Shown here piece by piece: positions 10,167 to 18,151 of a DNA stretch of 64,000 bases. The first letter of the stretch is position 1, and each line of letters opens with the position of its first letter. The notes under the pieces were generated by a model. It was not told where the DNA came from. It saw only the letters and a program-made list of their open reading frames with translations, and made no database searches. The DNA lies in NCBI GenBank assembly GCA_030649835.1, contig JAUSES010000013.1:9317-73316 (forward strand), written 5' to 3'. Source of the stretch: a bacterium. GTDB lineage: Bacteria; Patescibacteriota; Minisyncoccia; Phycocordibacterales; UBA1550. The position numbers were made by a program, and so were the translations under genes.

Positions 10167-10988
10167 ATGAATTCAAAAAAATTAATATTGGTTGTCTTAG
10201 TAGTTGTGGTAGGGCTTGCCGTCTCAAAAAATTCTCTTTATGAATTTTACATAAGTATAAATAATGATAAATCATCGTTAATAAATAAACCTGACCCAAC
10301 TAAAAATCAATCGAGGGTATTTAAAACAAGCTTTGAGTCACTTGATGATTTTAAAGGTTTTTATATTTCCCCACAGAATCATCAAAATTCAGCATCACAC
10401 GACTTTTCTACAGAGCAGGCAAAAAGCGGAAAGTATTCACACAAAGGGTGGATATATAAAACAAACAACCCGAGTACTGTTTTTACTAATAATAATCATC
10501 GTGGTTATCCAACAGTTCAATTTAACAAAACAGAGGGAGGGGCTTTTAAAACCCCGGTTCTCATAGAATTTTGGGTTTGGCTCGATATGGAAATAGCAAA
10601 AGGAGAATGGTTTAGTTTTGCAACACTTGATCATACAAATTCCACAGAATGGGACGCAGTGCTGGTTAACCTTAGCGATGTAGGAACTGTTCAGCTGATG
10701 CACGTTCCTTCAAATGGAAAGGGTACACGAACATTTCAAACAACGAATATCAAATTTCCCATGAAGAAATGGGTAAAATTAACTATCTGTTTGAACTTCG
10801 ATGCAGAAAAGGGAGGTGCGAAAGTTTGGCAGGATGACCAACTCGTTTCAGAGGCGAATATAAGCAAAGGAAGGGGCGATGGGTTTTTTACCCAAGCACA
10901 CTTTGGATTATACGCGCCACCCTCTATTTCCAAAGGAGTTGTTTACAATGACGATCTCATAATAAAGGAGGGGAACTGTAAAAGTTGA
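10167..10988 (+). CDS. Hypothetical secreted or membrane-anchored protein (possible ConA-like/lectin fold).
   Basis: N-terminal TM/signal MNSKKLILVVLVVVVGLAVS. No confident family assignment. Confidence 0.35.
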   Translation: MNSKKLILVVLVVVVGLAVSKNSLYEFYISINNDKSSLINKPDPTKNQSRVFKTSFESLDDFKGFYISPQNHQNSASHDFSTEQAKSGKYSHKGWIYKTNNPSTVFTNNNHRGYPTVQFNKTEGGAFKTPVLIEFWVWLDMEIAKGEWFSFATLDHTNSTEWDAVLVNLSDVGTVQLMHVPSNGKGTRTFQTTNIKFPMKKWVKLTICLNFDAEKGGAKVWQDDQLVSEANISKGRGDGFFTQAHFGLYAPPSISKGVVYNDDLIIKEGNCKS

Positions 10989-11012
10989 TTTTTAATGGTG
11001 GAAAAATCGTGG

Positions 11013-11018
11013 TATACT
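11013..11018 (+). promoter_or_regulatory. Extended -10 (TGGTATACT) 7 nt upstream of the gatC ATG. The transcript is probably leaderless.
   Basis: cgtGGTATACTcgcgaatATG. The same GTGGTATACT motif occurs at 196-202. Confidence 0.4.
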
Positions 11019-11025
11019 CGCGAAT

Positions 11026-11319
11026 ATGACGATTGAAATTAAAGATGTTGAACACCTTGCGGGCCTTGCGCGTATTGCTGTTTCTGAGGAGGAAAAAAAG
11101 ATACTTCAGCATGATTTGGAGGAGATTTTGGCATATGTGTCACAGATTAAAGAAGTCGAAGGTCAAAAGTCAAAAGTCAAAAGTGGGGAGCTTCGCAATG
11201 TGATGCGCGAGGATAGTGAGCCGCACGAAGCGGGAATTTTTACTGAGGATATTTTGAAGCAAGCACCAGCACGTGAAGGGAACCGCATTTCAGTAAAAAA
11301 GATACTGGGAAACAGTTGA
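11026..11319 (+). CDS. gatC: Glu-tRNA(Gln)/Asp-tRNA(Asn) amidotransferase subunit C.
   Basis: The 97 aa protein MTIEIKDVEHLAGLARIAVSEEEKKILQHDLEEILAYVSQI matches GatC. A tRNA-Gln gene at 24713..24781 is consistent with use of the transamidation route. Confidence 0.8.
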   Translation: MTIEIKDVEHLAGLARIAVSEEEKKILQHDLEEILAYVSQIKEVEGQKSKVKSGELRNVMREDSEPHEAGIFTEDILKQAPAREGNRISVKKILGNS

Positions 11320-11332
11320 CACACTTACTTTT

Positions 11333-11411
11333 TCGTCTTTGCGAGCGAAGCGAAGTAATCCAGTGCGTGTGCCATGAATTCTGGATTGCCACGCTTCGCT
11401 CGCAAAGACAA
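11333..11411. repeat. Long imperfect hairpin between gatC and gatA (18-bp perfect stem core gtctttgcgagcgaagcg / cgcttcgctcgcaaagac).
   Basis: Read directly. There is no downstream U tract. The gagcgaagc(a/g)aag motif also occurs at about 14990. Confidence 0.6.
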
Positions 11412-11428
11412 CTACCTACAACTAACTC

Positions 11429-12868
11429 ATGACTCTCGACATTAAACAATTAACAATCAAGCAAGCGCACGAACTCCTCATAAATAAAAAAATGAGTGTG
11501 CTTGAGCTCGCAGAGGCAATACTCAAGGTCGCAGAGGACACTCGTGACCTCAATGCGTACTTGGAAATTTTTGATGATGTAAGAGAGCAGGCTGAGGTAG
11601 CACAAAAAATGATTGATGAAGGGAAGGGAACAACGCTCACCGGTATTCCTTTTGCGATGAAAGACAATATTTTGATCAAAGGGCGCATCGCAAGCGCATC
11701 ATCAAAGATTCTTGAGAACTACACCGCAACATACGATGCGCATGTGACAAAAAAACTTCGTGATGCAGGAGTAATATTTGTGGGGAGAACCAACATGGAT
11801 GAATTTGCGATGGGTGGCTCCACAGAAAACTCTGCATTTGGAGTGACAAAAAACCCTCATGATAAAACTCGTGTACCAGGAGGGTCATCAGGTGGCTCTG
11901 CTGCGGTTGTTGCTTCAGGTTCAGCATTAGGAGCCCTCGGTACTGACACAGGTGGCTCTATTCGTCAGCCCGCAGCCTTTTGTGGAGTAGTGGGCTTGAA
12001 GCCCACGTACGGCAGTGTTTCGCGGTCGGGTCTCATCGCGATGGCGAGCTCTCTTGATCAAGCGGGACCTTTTGCAAAAACCGTGGAGGATGCGGAAATT
12101 ATTTTTGATTGTATAAAAGGTCACGACTCGATGGACAGCACGTCTTATACAGATGAGTTTATTAATATTAAAAATAAAAAACCTAAAATAATTGGCGTAC
12201 CCACAGAGTTTGTACACGCAAAGGGTGTTGACGAAAGAGTTCTTAAAAATTTTGAAGAGTCCTTGGAACAAATGAAAAATGCGGGGTATGAAATAAAAGA
12301 AATTTCTTTGCCTTCTCTTGCACACGGACTCGCCGTTTACTATATTCTGATGCCTGCTGAGGTTTCTTCAAATCTTGCACGTTTTGATGGTGTGCGATAC
12401 GGATATCATGCAGATGGACAGAACTTGCTAGAGGATTACATGCGTTCACGTGGGGAGGGGTTTGGGCGGGAGGTACGACGCAGAATTCTCCTCGGTACCT
12501 ACGTGCTCTCTGCTGGCTACTACGATTCATATTATGGTCGCGCATGCGCATTGCGTGAGATGCTCAAGAAAGATCTAGAAAAAGCATTTGGAGGTGTAGA
12601 TATTATTGCAACCCCCACAACACCTACTCCCGCATTTAAAATAGGCGAAAAATCAAATGACCCACTTCAGATGTACCTCGCGGATATTTTTACTGTACCG
12701 GTAAACATTGCGGGGGTTCCGGCGATCTCAGTTCCATCTGGTTTTATAAAAGAGGGAGACTCCATGCTTCCACTTGGTATGCAATTCATCGCGCCGCACT
12801 TTGGAGAAAGCGCACTATTTGAGGTAGGGAAAGACTTTGAAAAAGTCCAAGAATCTAATAGAATTTAA
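11429..12868 (+). CDS. gatA: Glu-tRNA(Gln) amidotransferase subunit A (amidase family).
   Basis: The amidase signature GGSSGGSAAVVASG with a Ser-cisSer-Lys triad context is present, at 479 aa. Confidence 0.9.
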   Translation: MTLDIKQLTIKQAHELLINKKMSVLELAEAILKVAEDTRDLNAYLEIFDDVREQAEVAQKMIDEGKGTTLTGIPFAMKDNILIKGRIASASSKILENYTATYDAHVTKKLRDAGVIFVGRTNMDEFAMGGSTENSAFGVTKNPHDKTRVPGGSSGGSAAVVASGSALGALGTDTGGSIRQPAAFCGVVGLKPTYGSVSRSGLIAMASSLDQAGPFAKTVEDAEIIFDCIKGHDSMDSTSYTDEFINIKNKKPKIIGVPTEFVHAKGVDERVLKNFEESLEQMKNAGYEIKEISLPSLAHGLAVYYILMPAEVSSNLARFDGVRYGYHADGQNLLEDYMRSRGEGFGREVRRRILLGTYVLSAGYYDSYYGRACALREMLKKDLEKAFGGVDIIATPTTPTPAFKIGEKSNDPLQMYLADIFTVPVNIAGVPAISVPSGFIKEGDSMLPLGMQFIAPHFGESALFEVGKDFEKVQESNRI

Positions 12869-12871
12869 TAT

Positions 12872-13534
12872 ATGAAAGACGACCATACTTCTCCTGCACC
12901 CGATACGATTATTCGTGACGTAGCCATAGTGCTTGGCATTGGACTTGTTATTTATATAAGTACAAACGTTACAACAATATCCGTGGACACGATCCTGTCC
13001 GGCGAGGCGCCAAGGGACACAATTCGATATTTTTTGGGTGGGGTAGATCTCACTCCCGTTTACAATTTTTTTGTGTCTCTTAAAAACCCACTTGCCGTAC
13101 TCGGAACTGTTTTTCTTGCAGGTAGTTTTTGGGCGACATTGAAAATCCGTGAAATCCACCATCATGAAGAAGAAAAATATGCGCCGATCCACGCTGAAGA
13201 AGTTTCTGCAAAAGAAAAGTTTGTGCAGTGGCAAGTGATTTTGAACCACGTAAACTCAGAAAGCCCAGCGGAGTGGAAACTTGCCATTTTGGAAGCAGAT
13301 AATATTCTTGATGAAATTTTAGAGGAGGAGGGGTATGTTGGAGACACCCTTGCTGAAAAACTTAAAACGATGAGTCGCACAAAAATAGCATCATACAACG
13401 ACATATGGGAGGCACATAAAGTGCGTAATGAAATAGCACACGGTGGAGCCATAGATATGGATCTTTCCAAAAAACTCGCTCGCGACACCGTTGCAAAGTT
13501 TGGCAATGCTTTTAAGGAGCTGGGGTATTTGTAG
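12872..13534 (+). CDS. Hypothetical membrane protein.
   Basis: ORF with two or three hydrophobic segments. No family recognised. Confidence 0.35.
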   Translation: MKDDHTSPAPDTIIRDVAIVLGIGLVIYISTNVTTISVDTILSGEAPRDTIRYFLGGVDLTPVYNFFVSLKNPLAVLGTVFLAGSFWATLKIREIHHHEEEKYAPIHAEEVSAKEKFVQWQVILNHVNSESPAEWKLAILEADNILDEILEEEGYVGDTLAEKLKTMSRTKIASYNDIWEAHKVRNEIAHGGAIDMDLSKKLARDTVAKFGNAFKELGYL

Positions 13535-13538
13535 GGGG

Positions 13539-13570
13539 ACATTTGGGACAAGAAGAACGGGAGGAACAGT
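13539..13570. promoter_or_regulatory. Composite motif ACATTTGGGAC…GGGAGGAACAG, a third copy of a motif also present at 1..33 and 50..72.
   Basis: Read directly. In both loci it lies about 60-150 bp upstream of a sigma70-like promoter. Confidence 0.4.
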
Positions 13571-13605
13571 TGACAAGTGATGGGAGGGACGTCTCGCCCC
13601 CATCT

Positions 13606-13634
13606 AAGACCTTGCAAAACCTAACAACTATGAT
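13606..13634 (+). promoter_or_regulatory. Sigma70-like promoter TTGCAA-N16-TATAGT, about 40 bp upstream of the initiator tRNA.
   Basis: ttgcaa aacctaacaactatga tatagt. Confidence 0.4.
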
Positions 13635-13676
13635 ATAGTTGGGACTCTTAAAGCGAGTATGACTCGCAGTAGATAT

Positions 13677-13747
13677 AGCGGGGTAGAGAAGCGGTATCTC
13701 ATCAGGCTCATAACCTGAAGACGCCCGTTCGATTCGGGCCCCCGCAA
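13677..13747 (+). tRNA. Probable initiator tRNA-fMet (anticodon CAT).
   Basis: The cloverleaf was folded by hand. The anticodon loop is cUCAUAa. A11:U24 is present. Positions 1 and 72 are unpaired (A1·A72). The 3' acceptor strand CCCCGCA with an A discriminator matches the bacterial initiator tRNA as I recall it. The T-loop is TTCGATT. CCA is not encoded. Confidence 0.6.
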
Positions 13748-13812
13748 CACGAATAAAGTACTCTATCTTCGCGAACCTTGCTTATTTTAGAACAGCTGAT
13801 ATAATGGTATAT

Positions 13813-14493
13813 ATGGCTAAGTTTAAAGATAAAATAAAGGCACGTCAATTGAGAAAAAAAGGATGGAGCATAGGAGCTATTGCTGAAGAACTTGGGATTT
13901 CTAAATCATCCGCAAGTATTTGGTGCTTAGATGTTGTGTTGACGAAAAGGCAAACAAATAGACTTAAAGAAAATTCAATACGCGCTGGACATAAAGGTAG
14001 AATGATGGGGGCAGCAATGAACCACAAGAAGAAACTAGATGCAGTAGAATCCTCCAAACTAAAAGCCATTGCTCTCGTTGATCAAATGACACAAAGAGAC
14101 CTGTTTATGCTCGGGATAGGTCTTTATTGGGGGGAAGGAACGAAAAGTGAAAGGAGCGCACTTGCAGTTGTTAATTCTGACCCAGAAATTATACTCGTTA
14201 TGAAGAAGTGGTTTGAAATAATCTTCAATGTAAAAGACGAAGATTTTATGCCAAGGATATTTATAAACGAGATCCACCAACCTAGGATAAAAAAAGTTGT
14301 CGAATACTGGTCCTCCTTACTCAAATTGCCTAAGGAGCAGTTTGGAAATCAAGTATTGTTAAAAATAAAGCAAAAAAAGGTATATGAGAATTATGACTCA
14401 TATTATGGTATTCTATCGCTAAAGGTACGGAAGAGTTCTAAGTTGAAATATGAAGTACTTGGATTGATTGATGCAGTAAAAAAGAAGTATTAA
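13813..14493 (+). CDS. HTH-domain protein with a single LAGLIDADG-like motif (putative homing-endonuclease-like protein).
   Basis: N-terminal HTH (GWSIGAIAEELGISKSSASIW). The motif DLFMLGIGLYWGEGTKS resembles motif 2 (LRGLYEAEGSF) of the double-motif enzyme at 23913. The gene stops 6 nt before tRNA-Met. The listed ORF starts at 13804; the second Met at 13813 follows a TATAAT box. Confidence 0.4.
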   Translation: MAKFKDKIKARQLRKKGWSIGAIAEELGISKSSASIWCLDVVLTKRQTNRLKENSIRAGHKGRMMGAAMNHKKKLDAVESSKLKAIALVDQMTQRDLFMLGIGLYWGEGTKSERSALAVVNSDPEIILVMKKWFEIIFNVKDEDFMPRIFINEIHQPRIKKVVEYWSSLLKLPKEQFGNQVLLKIKQKKVYENYDSYYGILSLKVRKSSKLKYEVLGLIDAVKKKY

Positions 14494-14499
14494 ATTTAT

Positions 14500-14571
14500 G
14501 CCGGTGTAGTTCAATGGTCAGAACGAGGGACTCATAAGCCCTAGACAGTGGTTCGATTCCACTCATCGGCA
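14500..14571 (+). tRNA. tRNA-Met (anticodon CAT; elongator Met or lysidine-modified tRNA-Ile2).
   Basis: 7-bp acceptor stem gccggtg/catcggc with a G1:C72 pair. Anticodon loop cUCAUAa, T-loop TTCGATT, discriminator A. CCA is not encoded. Confidence 0.75.
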
Positions 14572-14575
14572 CAAA

Positions 14576-14625
14576 CAGTAGAAAGTGCGCCCTCGTGAGG
14601 GAGCACTTTCTACGGTTTGTGTCTT
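14576..14625 (+). terminator. Long hairpin following tRNA-Met (gtagaaagtgc…gcactttctac with inner ccctc/gaggg).
   Basis: Read directly. It is followed by ggtttgtg. Confidence 0.45.
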
Positions 14626-14692
14626 AGTGAATCGAACCGCGGGCCGCAGCACTCGAAGAGAGTGCGTAGGTTTCGAGCTCACCAGAGCGAGA

Positions 14693-14713
14693 GGCGATTC
14701 CACTCATCGGCAC
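14693..14713 (+). repeat. Direct repeat of the tRNA-Met 3' end (gattccactcatcggcac), about 140 bp downstream of the gene.
   Basis: 18-19 nt are identical to 14554..14572. An inverted T-arm-like fragment (gtgaatcgaacc) lies at 14627..14638. Confidence 0.75.
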
Positions 14714-14782
14714 CCGCAGTTTGTTTAGCGGACTGTTTCCTGTTAGAATGCGCAAGGGTTATTTTAGTTGAATTTATGTAAT

Positions 14783-14856
14783 GCGGTCGTAGCTCAGCTG
14801 GTTAGAGCGCCCGCCTGTCACGCGGGAGGTCGTGGGTTCAAGTCCCATCGACCGCG
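14783..14856 (+). tRNA. tRNA-Asp (anticodon GTC).
   Basis: Acceptor stem gcggtcg/cgaccgc. Anticodon loop cUGUCAc. D-loop agctcagctggttagagc. Discriminator G. Confidence 0.85.
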
Positions 14857-14857
14857 C

Positions 14858-14897
14858 AAATACAAAAGATACCTAGTGCTACTGCACTAGGTATCTT
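14858..14897 (+). terminator. Rho-independent-type terminator hairpin after tRNA-Asp.
   Basis: acaaaagatacctagtgc tac tgcactaggtatcttttgtattc. Confidence 0.6.
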
Positions 14898-15026
14898 TTG
14901 TATTCTTCCGCGTACGGGACTTGAAAGGCGGAGACATCCCGAGGCTTCTGCGAGGGAGTCGAGCCGGGGTCGAGAGTACTTAGGCTTTTTCGAGCGAAGC
15001 AAAGAAAAAGACTTAGTAACTCGTGA

Positions 15027-15055
15027 CCAAGTCCCATCGACCGCGCAAATACAAA
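15027..15055 (+). repeat. Exact 29-nt direct repeat of the tRNA-Asp 3' end plus trailer (caagtcccatcgaccgcgcaaatacaaaa).
   Basis: Identical to 14839..14867. It is followed by a second, different terminator hairpin (15052..15091, aaaatgagtccaacgc…gtgttggactcatttt). Confidence 0.85.
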
Positions 15056-15143
15056 ATGAGTCCAACGCAGAAGTGTTGGACTCATTTTGTTTAATGATTG
15101 AAAGAATGAGCTAAATAGTGTATTGTGTCGTGGTGTTGAATAA

Positions 15144-15170
15144 GCCGATGTAGCTGTTTTGGTAGGCAAG
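15144..15170 (+). repeat. Truncated 5' pseudo-copy of tRNA-Thr(GGT) (gccgatgtagctg…ggtagg), about 65 bp upstream of the intact gene.
   Basis: Compared by eye with 15211 onward. The same taag upstream context is present. Confidence 0.55.
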
Positions 15171-15210
15171 CAGGGGTACTGCGATAGTCTATATCTTGAA
15201 AATAATATAA

Positions 15211-15286
15211 GCCGATGTAGCTCAGTTGGTAGAGTGCGTCCTTGGTAAGGACGAGGTCTCCGGTTCAATCCCGGACATCGGCTCCA
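15211..15286 (+). tRNA. tRNA-Thr (anticodon GGT).
   Basis: Acceptor stem gccgatg/catcggc. Anticodon stem cgtcc/ggacg with loop tUGGUAa. T-loop TTCAATC. Discriminator T. CCA is encoded. Confidence 0.85.
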
Positions 15287-15324
15287 GTAAATAATTGACA
15301 TACAGTCAGTTATTTATTTTGTGC

Positions 15325-15345
15325 GCCGATGTCTGGGATTGAACC
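15325..15345 (-). repeat. Inverted copy of the tRNA-Thr(GGT) T-arm/acceptor 3' end.
   Basis: gccgatgtctgggattgaacc is the reverse complement of ggttcaatcccggacatcggc, with 1 mismatch. Confidence 0.75.
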
Positions 15346-15440
15346 AAGAAAGGGGTCGGGAAACGGGAGTTTCCTGTGGAGGAAAATGTTAGAAACCGTG
15401 GGTTTCTAAAGCGGGGTGAGCCTGCGAGCGAGCAGTGATC

Positions 15441-15458
15441 TCCCGGACATCGGCTCCA
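15441..15458 (+). repeat. Direct repeat of the tRNA-Thr(GGT) 3' end (tcccggacatcggctcca), about 170 bp downstream of the gene.
   Basis: Identical to 15269..15286, including the CCA. Confidence 0.75.
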
Positions 15459-15553
15459 TGATAGTTGAAAGCCTGTAAAGTCCTTAAGGTCAAAAAGTGA
15501 ATGCATTTTTGCAATCACTTTTGACTTTACACTTTGGACTTTTGACTGTTTGT

Positions 15554-15629
15554 GCCGACCTAGCTCAACTGGTAGAGCAACGGTATCGTAAACCGTAGGT
15601 TCCGGGTTCAATTCCCGGGGTTGGCTCCA
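15554..15629 (+). tRNA. tRNA-Thr (anticodon CGT).
   Basis: Acceptor stem gccgacc/ggttggc. Anticodon stem acggt/accgt with loop aUCGUAa. T-loop TTCAATT. CCA is encoded. Confidence 0.85.
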
Positions 15630-15763
15630 TTCTTGAATTTTTTAAAAATAATCCATGTAATTATAGACAGGTAGTAGGTTTTTAATTGGTTCTCTGAACC
15701 TGATCAAAATTTTTTATAAAAATTAACGGAGCCATAGTTCTAGCTCCGTTAATCGATAAGCGT

Positions 15764-16210
15764 TTAAGAAGAACTTATCGCTTCTATGGCGGCACGATAT
15801 ATTTTCTTGTGCCCGCATATTATTCCGCGATTTGGCATCTGGCGGTCAACGACAAAAGGATGGAAATTATTATTGCCTTTTTTTGCCGGCGAGTTCCGTA
15901 GTGTACCCAAGCCTTCTGTGAGAGCTGCGTGCACGTGATAGTAGTGTGTTTCATCTTTAGCAAGCACCCTGAACAGGAATATTACTTTAGTTCTGTCTAG
16001 TATAAGACCCGTTTTTTCCATAACTTCCCGAATAAACGCCTCTTTTGGAGATTCGTCATTTCGGATCCTTCCACCAGGCATTTTCGCTTTGTTCTTCCGT
16101 GACCTGATATCTTTTATCAGTATGTGTCGGCCCGTGTCACTGTCTATGACAAGCCCGACTGCTACCCCACCTAATGGGTCAGCCAAAACTGCACCTGTCT
16201 TCATGTCCAT
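15764..16210 (-). CDS. NUDIX hydrolase.
   Basis: The Nudix box GGRIRNDESPKEAFIREVMEKTGL (GX5EX7REUXEEXGU) is present. A hairpin at 15721..15753 sits at its 3' end. Confidence 0.75.
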   Translation of the reverse strand: MDMKTGAVLADPLGGVAVGLVIDSDTGRHILIKDIRSRKNKAKMPGGRIRNDESPKEAFIREVMEKTGLILDRTKVIFLFRVLAKDETHYYHVHAALTEGLGTLRNSPAKKGNNNFHPFVVDRQMPNRGIICGHKKIYRAAIEAISSS

Positions 16211-16417
16211 GAGCCGCCTCCATTCGTAGTTGATGAAAAGAAAGGATACACTAATTCATCCCTATTCAAACTCTATCAGAATGAAGCAATTTTGTCAACA
16301 GCAACAGGTGCACATGGGTATTTTTATATCAACAGCATCATCGTATCGTATAGGCAAAATACATCTATAATAATGAGAATAATACGGGAATTTCGTATCT
16401 TCTGATATACTTTTTTT

Positions 16418-17305
16418 ATGAATAACAAAGATGCACTCCAAATAAAACTTACATCACTTGAGACCGAAATGGTGACGGGGGATTTTTGGTCTGACAAGGC
16501 GCATGCGCAGGCAGTAATAAAAGAAATAGCGGAGCTCAAAGAAAAACTCGCAGGCGTGGGCAAGTACGACAAAGGCAATGCAGTGATGACTATTTTTTCC
16601 GGTGCGGGAGGGGATGACGCAGAGGATTTTTCTGCAATGCTCCTCAATATGTACCTAAAGTTTTTTGAAAAACAAAAATTTGAAGTGAAGCTTTTGCACG
16701 AGAATAAAAATGATCACGCTGGCTACCGAAACATAACCCTCGAGATTCACGGCAAGGGAGTGTACGGCATGCTTAAGAATGAATCAGGCGTGCATCGCCT
16801 CGTGCGCATTTCGCCGTTCAATGCAAAAAAACTTCGTCATACTTCATTTTCAATGGTTGAAGTAATTCCTGACTTTAAGGATAGCGCGAACGATGAGATT
16901 GTCATTCCAGCAGACGACATTAGGATAGAGTTCAGTCGTTCCTCAGGTCCCGGTGGACAAAATGTAAATAAACGCGAGACCGCGGTGCGTGTAGTACACA
17001 TTCCTACTGGTATTGCCGTGCACGTCGAGACCGAGCGCTCGCAAGAGCAAAACCGCGAGAAGGCAGTGCAAATTTTGAAAGGCAAACTTTTTAAGAAACA
17101 AGACGACGAGCGCAAGGCCGCAGAAAGTGGCATGTATATTAGTAAGACCACCGAAATAGAATGGGGTAATCAAATCCGTTCCTACGTGCTCCACCCCTAC
17201 AAAATGGTGAAGGATCATCGCACAGATGTGGAAACTTCAAACGTGGACGCCGTGCTTGAAGATGGCGAAATAATGGAATTCATTGAAGCGGAAAAAGAAA
17301 TCTAG
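16418..17305 (+). CDS. prfB: Peptide chain release factor 2 (short form; no programmed frameshift site seen).
   Basis: GGQ motif (SGPGGQNVNKRET) and the RF2-specific SPF tripeptide (RISPFNAKK). It begins downstream of where the E. coli frameshift region would lie. No CTTTGAC motif is present upstream. Confidence 0.8.
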   Translation: MNNKDALQIKLTSLETEMVTGDFWSDKAHAQAVIKEIAELKEKLAGVGKYDKGNAVMTIFSGAGGDDAEDFSAMLLNMYLKFFEKQKFEVKLLHENKNDHAGYRNITLEIHGKGVYGMLKNESGVHRLVRISPFNAKKLRHTSFSMVEVIPDFKDSANDEIVIPADDIRIEFSRSSGPGGQNVNKRETAVRVVHIPTGIAVHVETERSQEQNREKAVQILKGKLFKKQDDERKAAESGMYISKTTEIEWGNQIRSYVLHPYKMVKDHRTDVETSNVDAVLEDGEIMEFIEAEKEI

Positions 17306-17312
17306 GGAATTT

Positions 17313-17340
17313 GACAAATATATTTAAACTGCTATAATAC
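17313..17340 (+). promoter_or_regulatory. Sigma70-like promoter TTGACA-N16-TATAAT.
   Basis: ttgaca aatatatttaaactgc tataat, about 80 nt upstream of the 17420 ORF, which has a GGGGAG RBS. Confidence 0.45.
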
Positions 17341-17419
17341 GATAAGATGGTAAATTGGGTAGGACATACTTGAGGCTACTGCCGAAGGTTTTATCCAACT
17401 TTATTTAGGGGAGAGAGCG

Positions 17420-18058
17420 ATGAAGAAACTGATCATTTCAATGATGACCACGTGCATTATGTTTGGTTTCTGCGGGCAAGTTTTTGCTGCAGACACAGCC
17501 AGCCTTGCTACTGCAGAAAATGCAGCAGCAGTAAAAAAAGGCGTGGAGGAGCTTGGGAAACTTTTTGCCGTCGAGGCACCACCACAAAAGGCAGAACCGC
17601 AAAAAATTGAAGTAGACCCGGCCCCGCAAAAGTCCATGGCAGATGTAATGGACAAAGCAATTGACAAGGTATCTGATGTTGTTGGCGCTATGGCAAAGGC
17701 AATAAGCAATATTGCGCCAGAAGTTTGGCGAATTATGGTCAGACAGCAATATGCAAAAGGAATAGCCTTTCTGATTGTTCCGTTTTTGCTAACCCTCGTT
17801 CTCGTTGCCGGTTTTTTCGCGTCGAAGGCGAGATATGATCATGTCATTTCTTTAATTGGAAACCCGAATAATCCCGAAAGGGCAGACAGTGACGAGGCTG
17901 GATTCTTTTGGTTTCTAAAAATTGCATTTACTGTCTTTATCGGCCTTTCGTTCGTTTGGTTAGCAAACCGAATAACCGACGCAGCATTGTTCCTGATTAA
18001 CCCCGAGTTTTATGCGATTCAAGATCTGCTTCGCATGATATTGAATAAGGGGATGTAG
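17420..18058 (+). CDS. Hypothetical secreted/membrane protein.
   Basis: Signal peptide MKKLIISMMTTCIMFGFCGQVFA. Two C-terminal TM helices. Confidence 0.4.
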   Translation: MKKLIISMMTTCIMFGFCGQVFAADTASLATAENAAAVKKGVEELGKLFAVEAPPQKAEPQKIEVDPAPQKSMADVMDKAIDKVSDVVGAMAKAISNIAPEVWRIMVRQQYAKGIAFLIVPFLLTLVLVAGFFASKARYDHVISLIGNPNNPERADSDEAGFFWFLKIAFTVFIGLSFVWLANRITDAALFLINPEFYAIQDLLRMILNKGM

Positions 18059-18151
18059 TCGGGCACCACGTAGAGATTCCACTTAGTAGCGAAAGCGAAC
18101 GGTGGGATTTTTTTGTTTCTCTTTGTTAAAAATATTTGTTACAATTAGTTT

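Noticed and set aside
13677-13747. Initially read as a degraded pseudo-tRNA, because the first base pair of the acceptor stem does not form.
   Set aside because: The unpaired 1·72 position, A11:U24 and the CCCCGCA-A 3' strand fit a bacterial initiator tRNA, so it is kept as a probable functional tRNA-fMet.
16320-16420. Possible programmed +1 frameshift site in prfB.
   Set aside because: No CTT TGA C motif or upstream short ORF is present. The gene simply starts downstream of the region that is frameshifted in E. coli.
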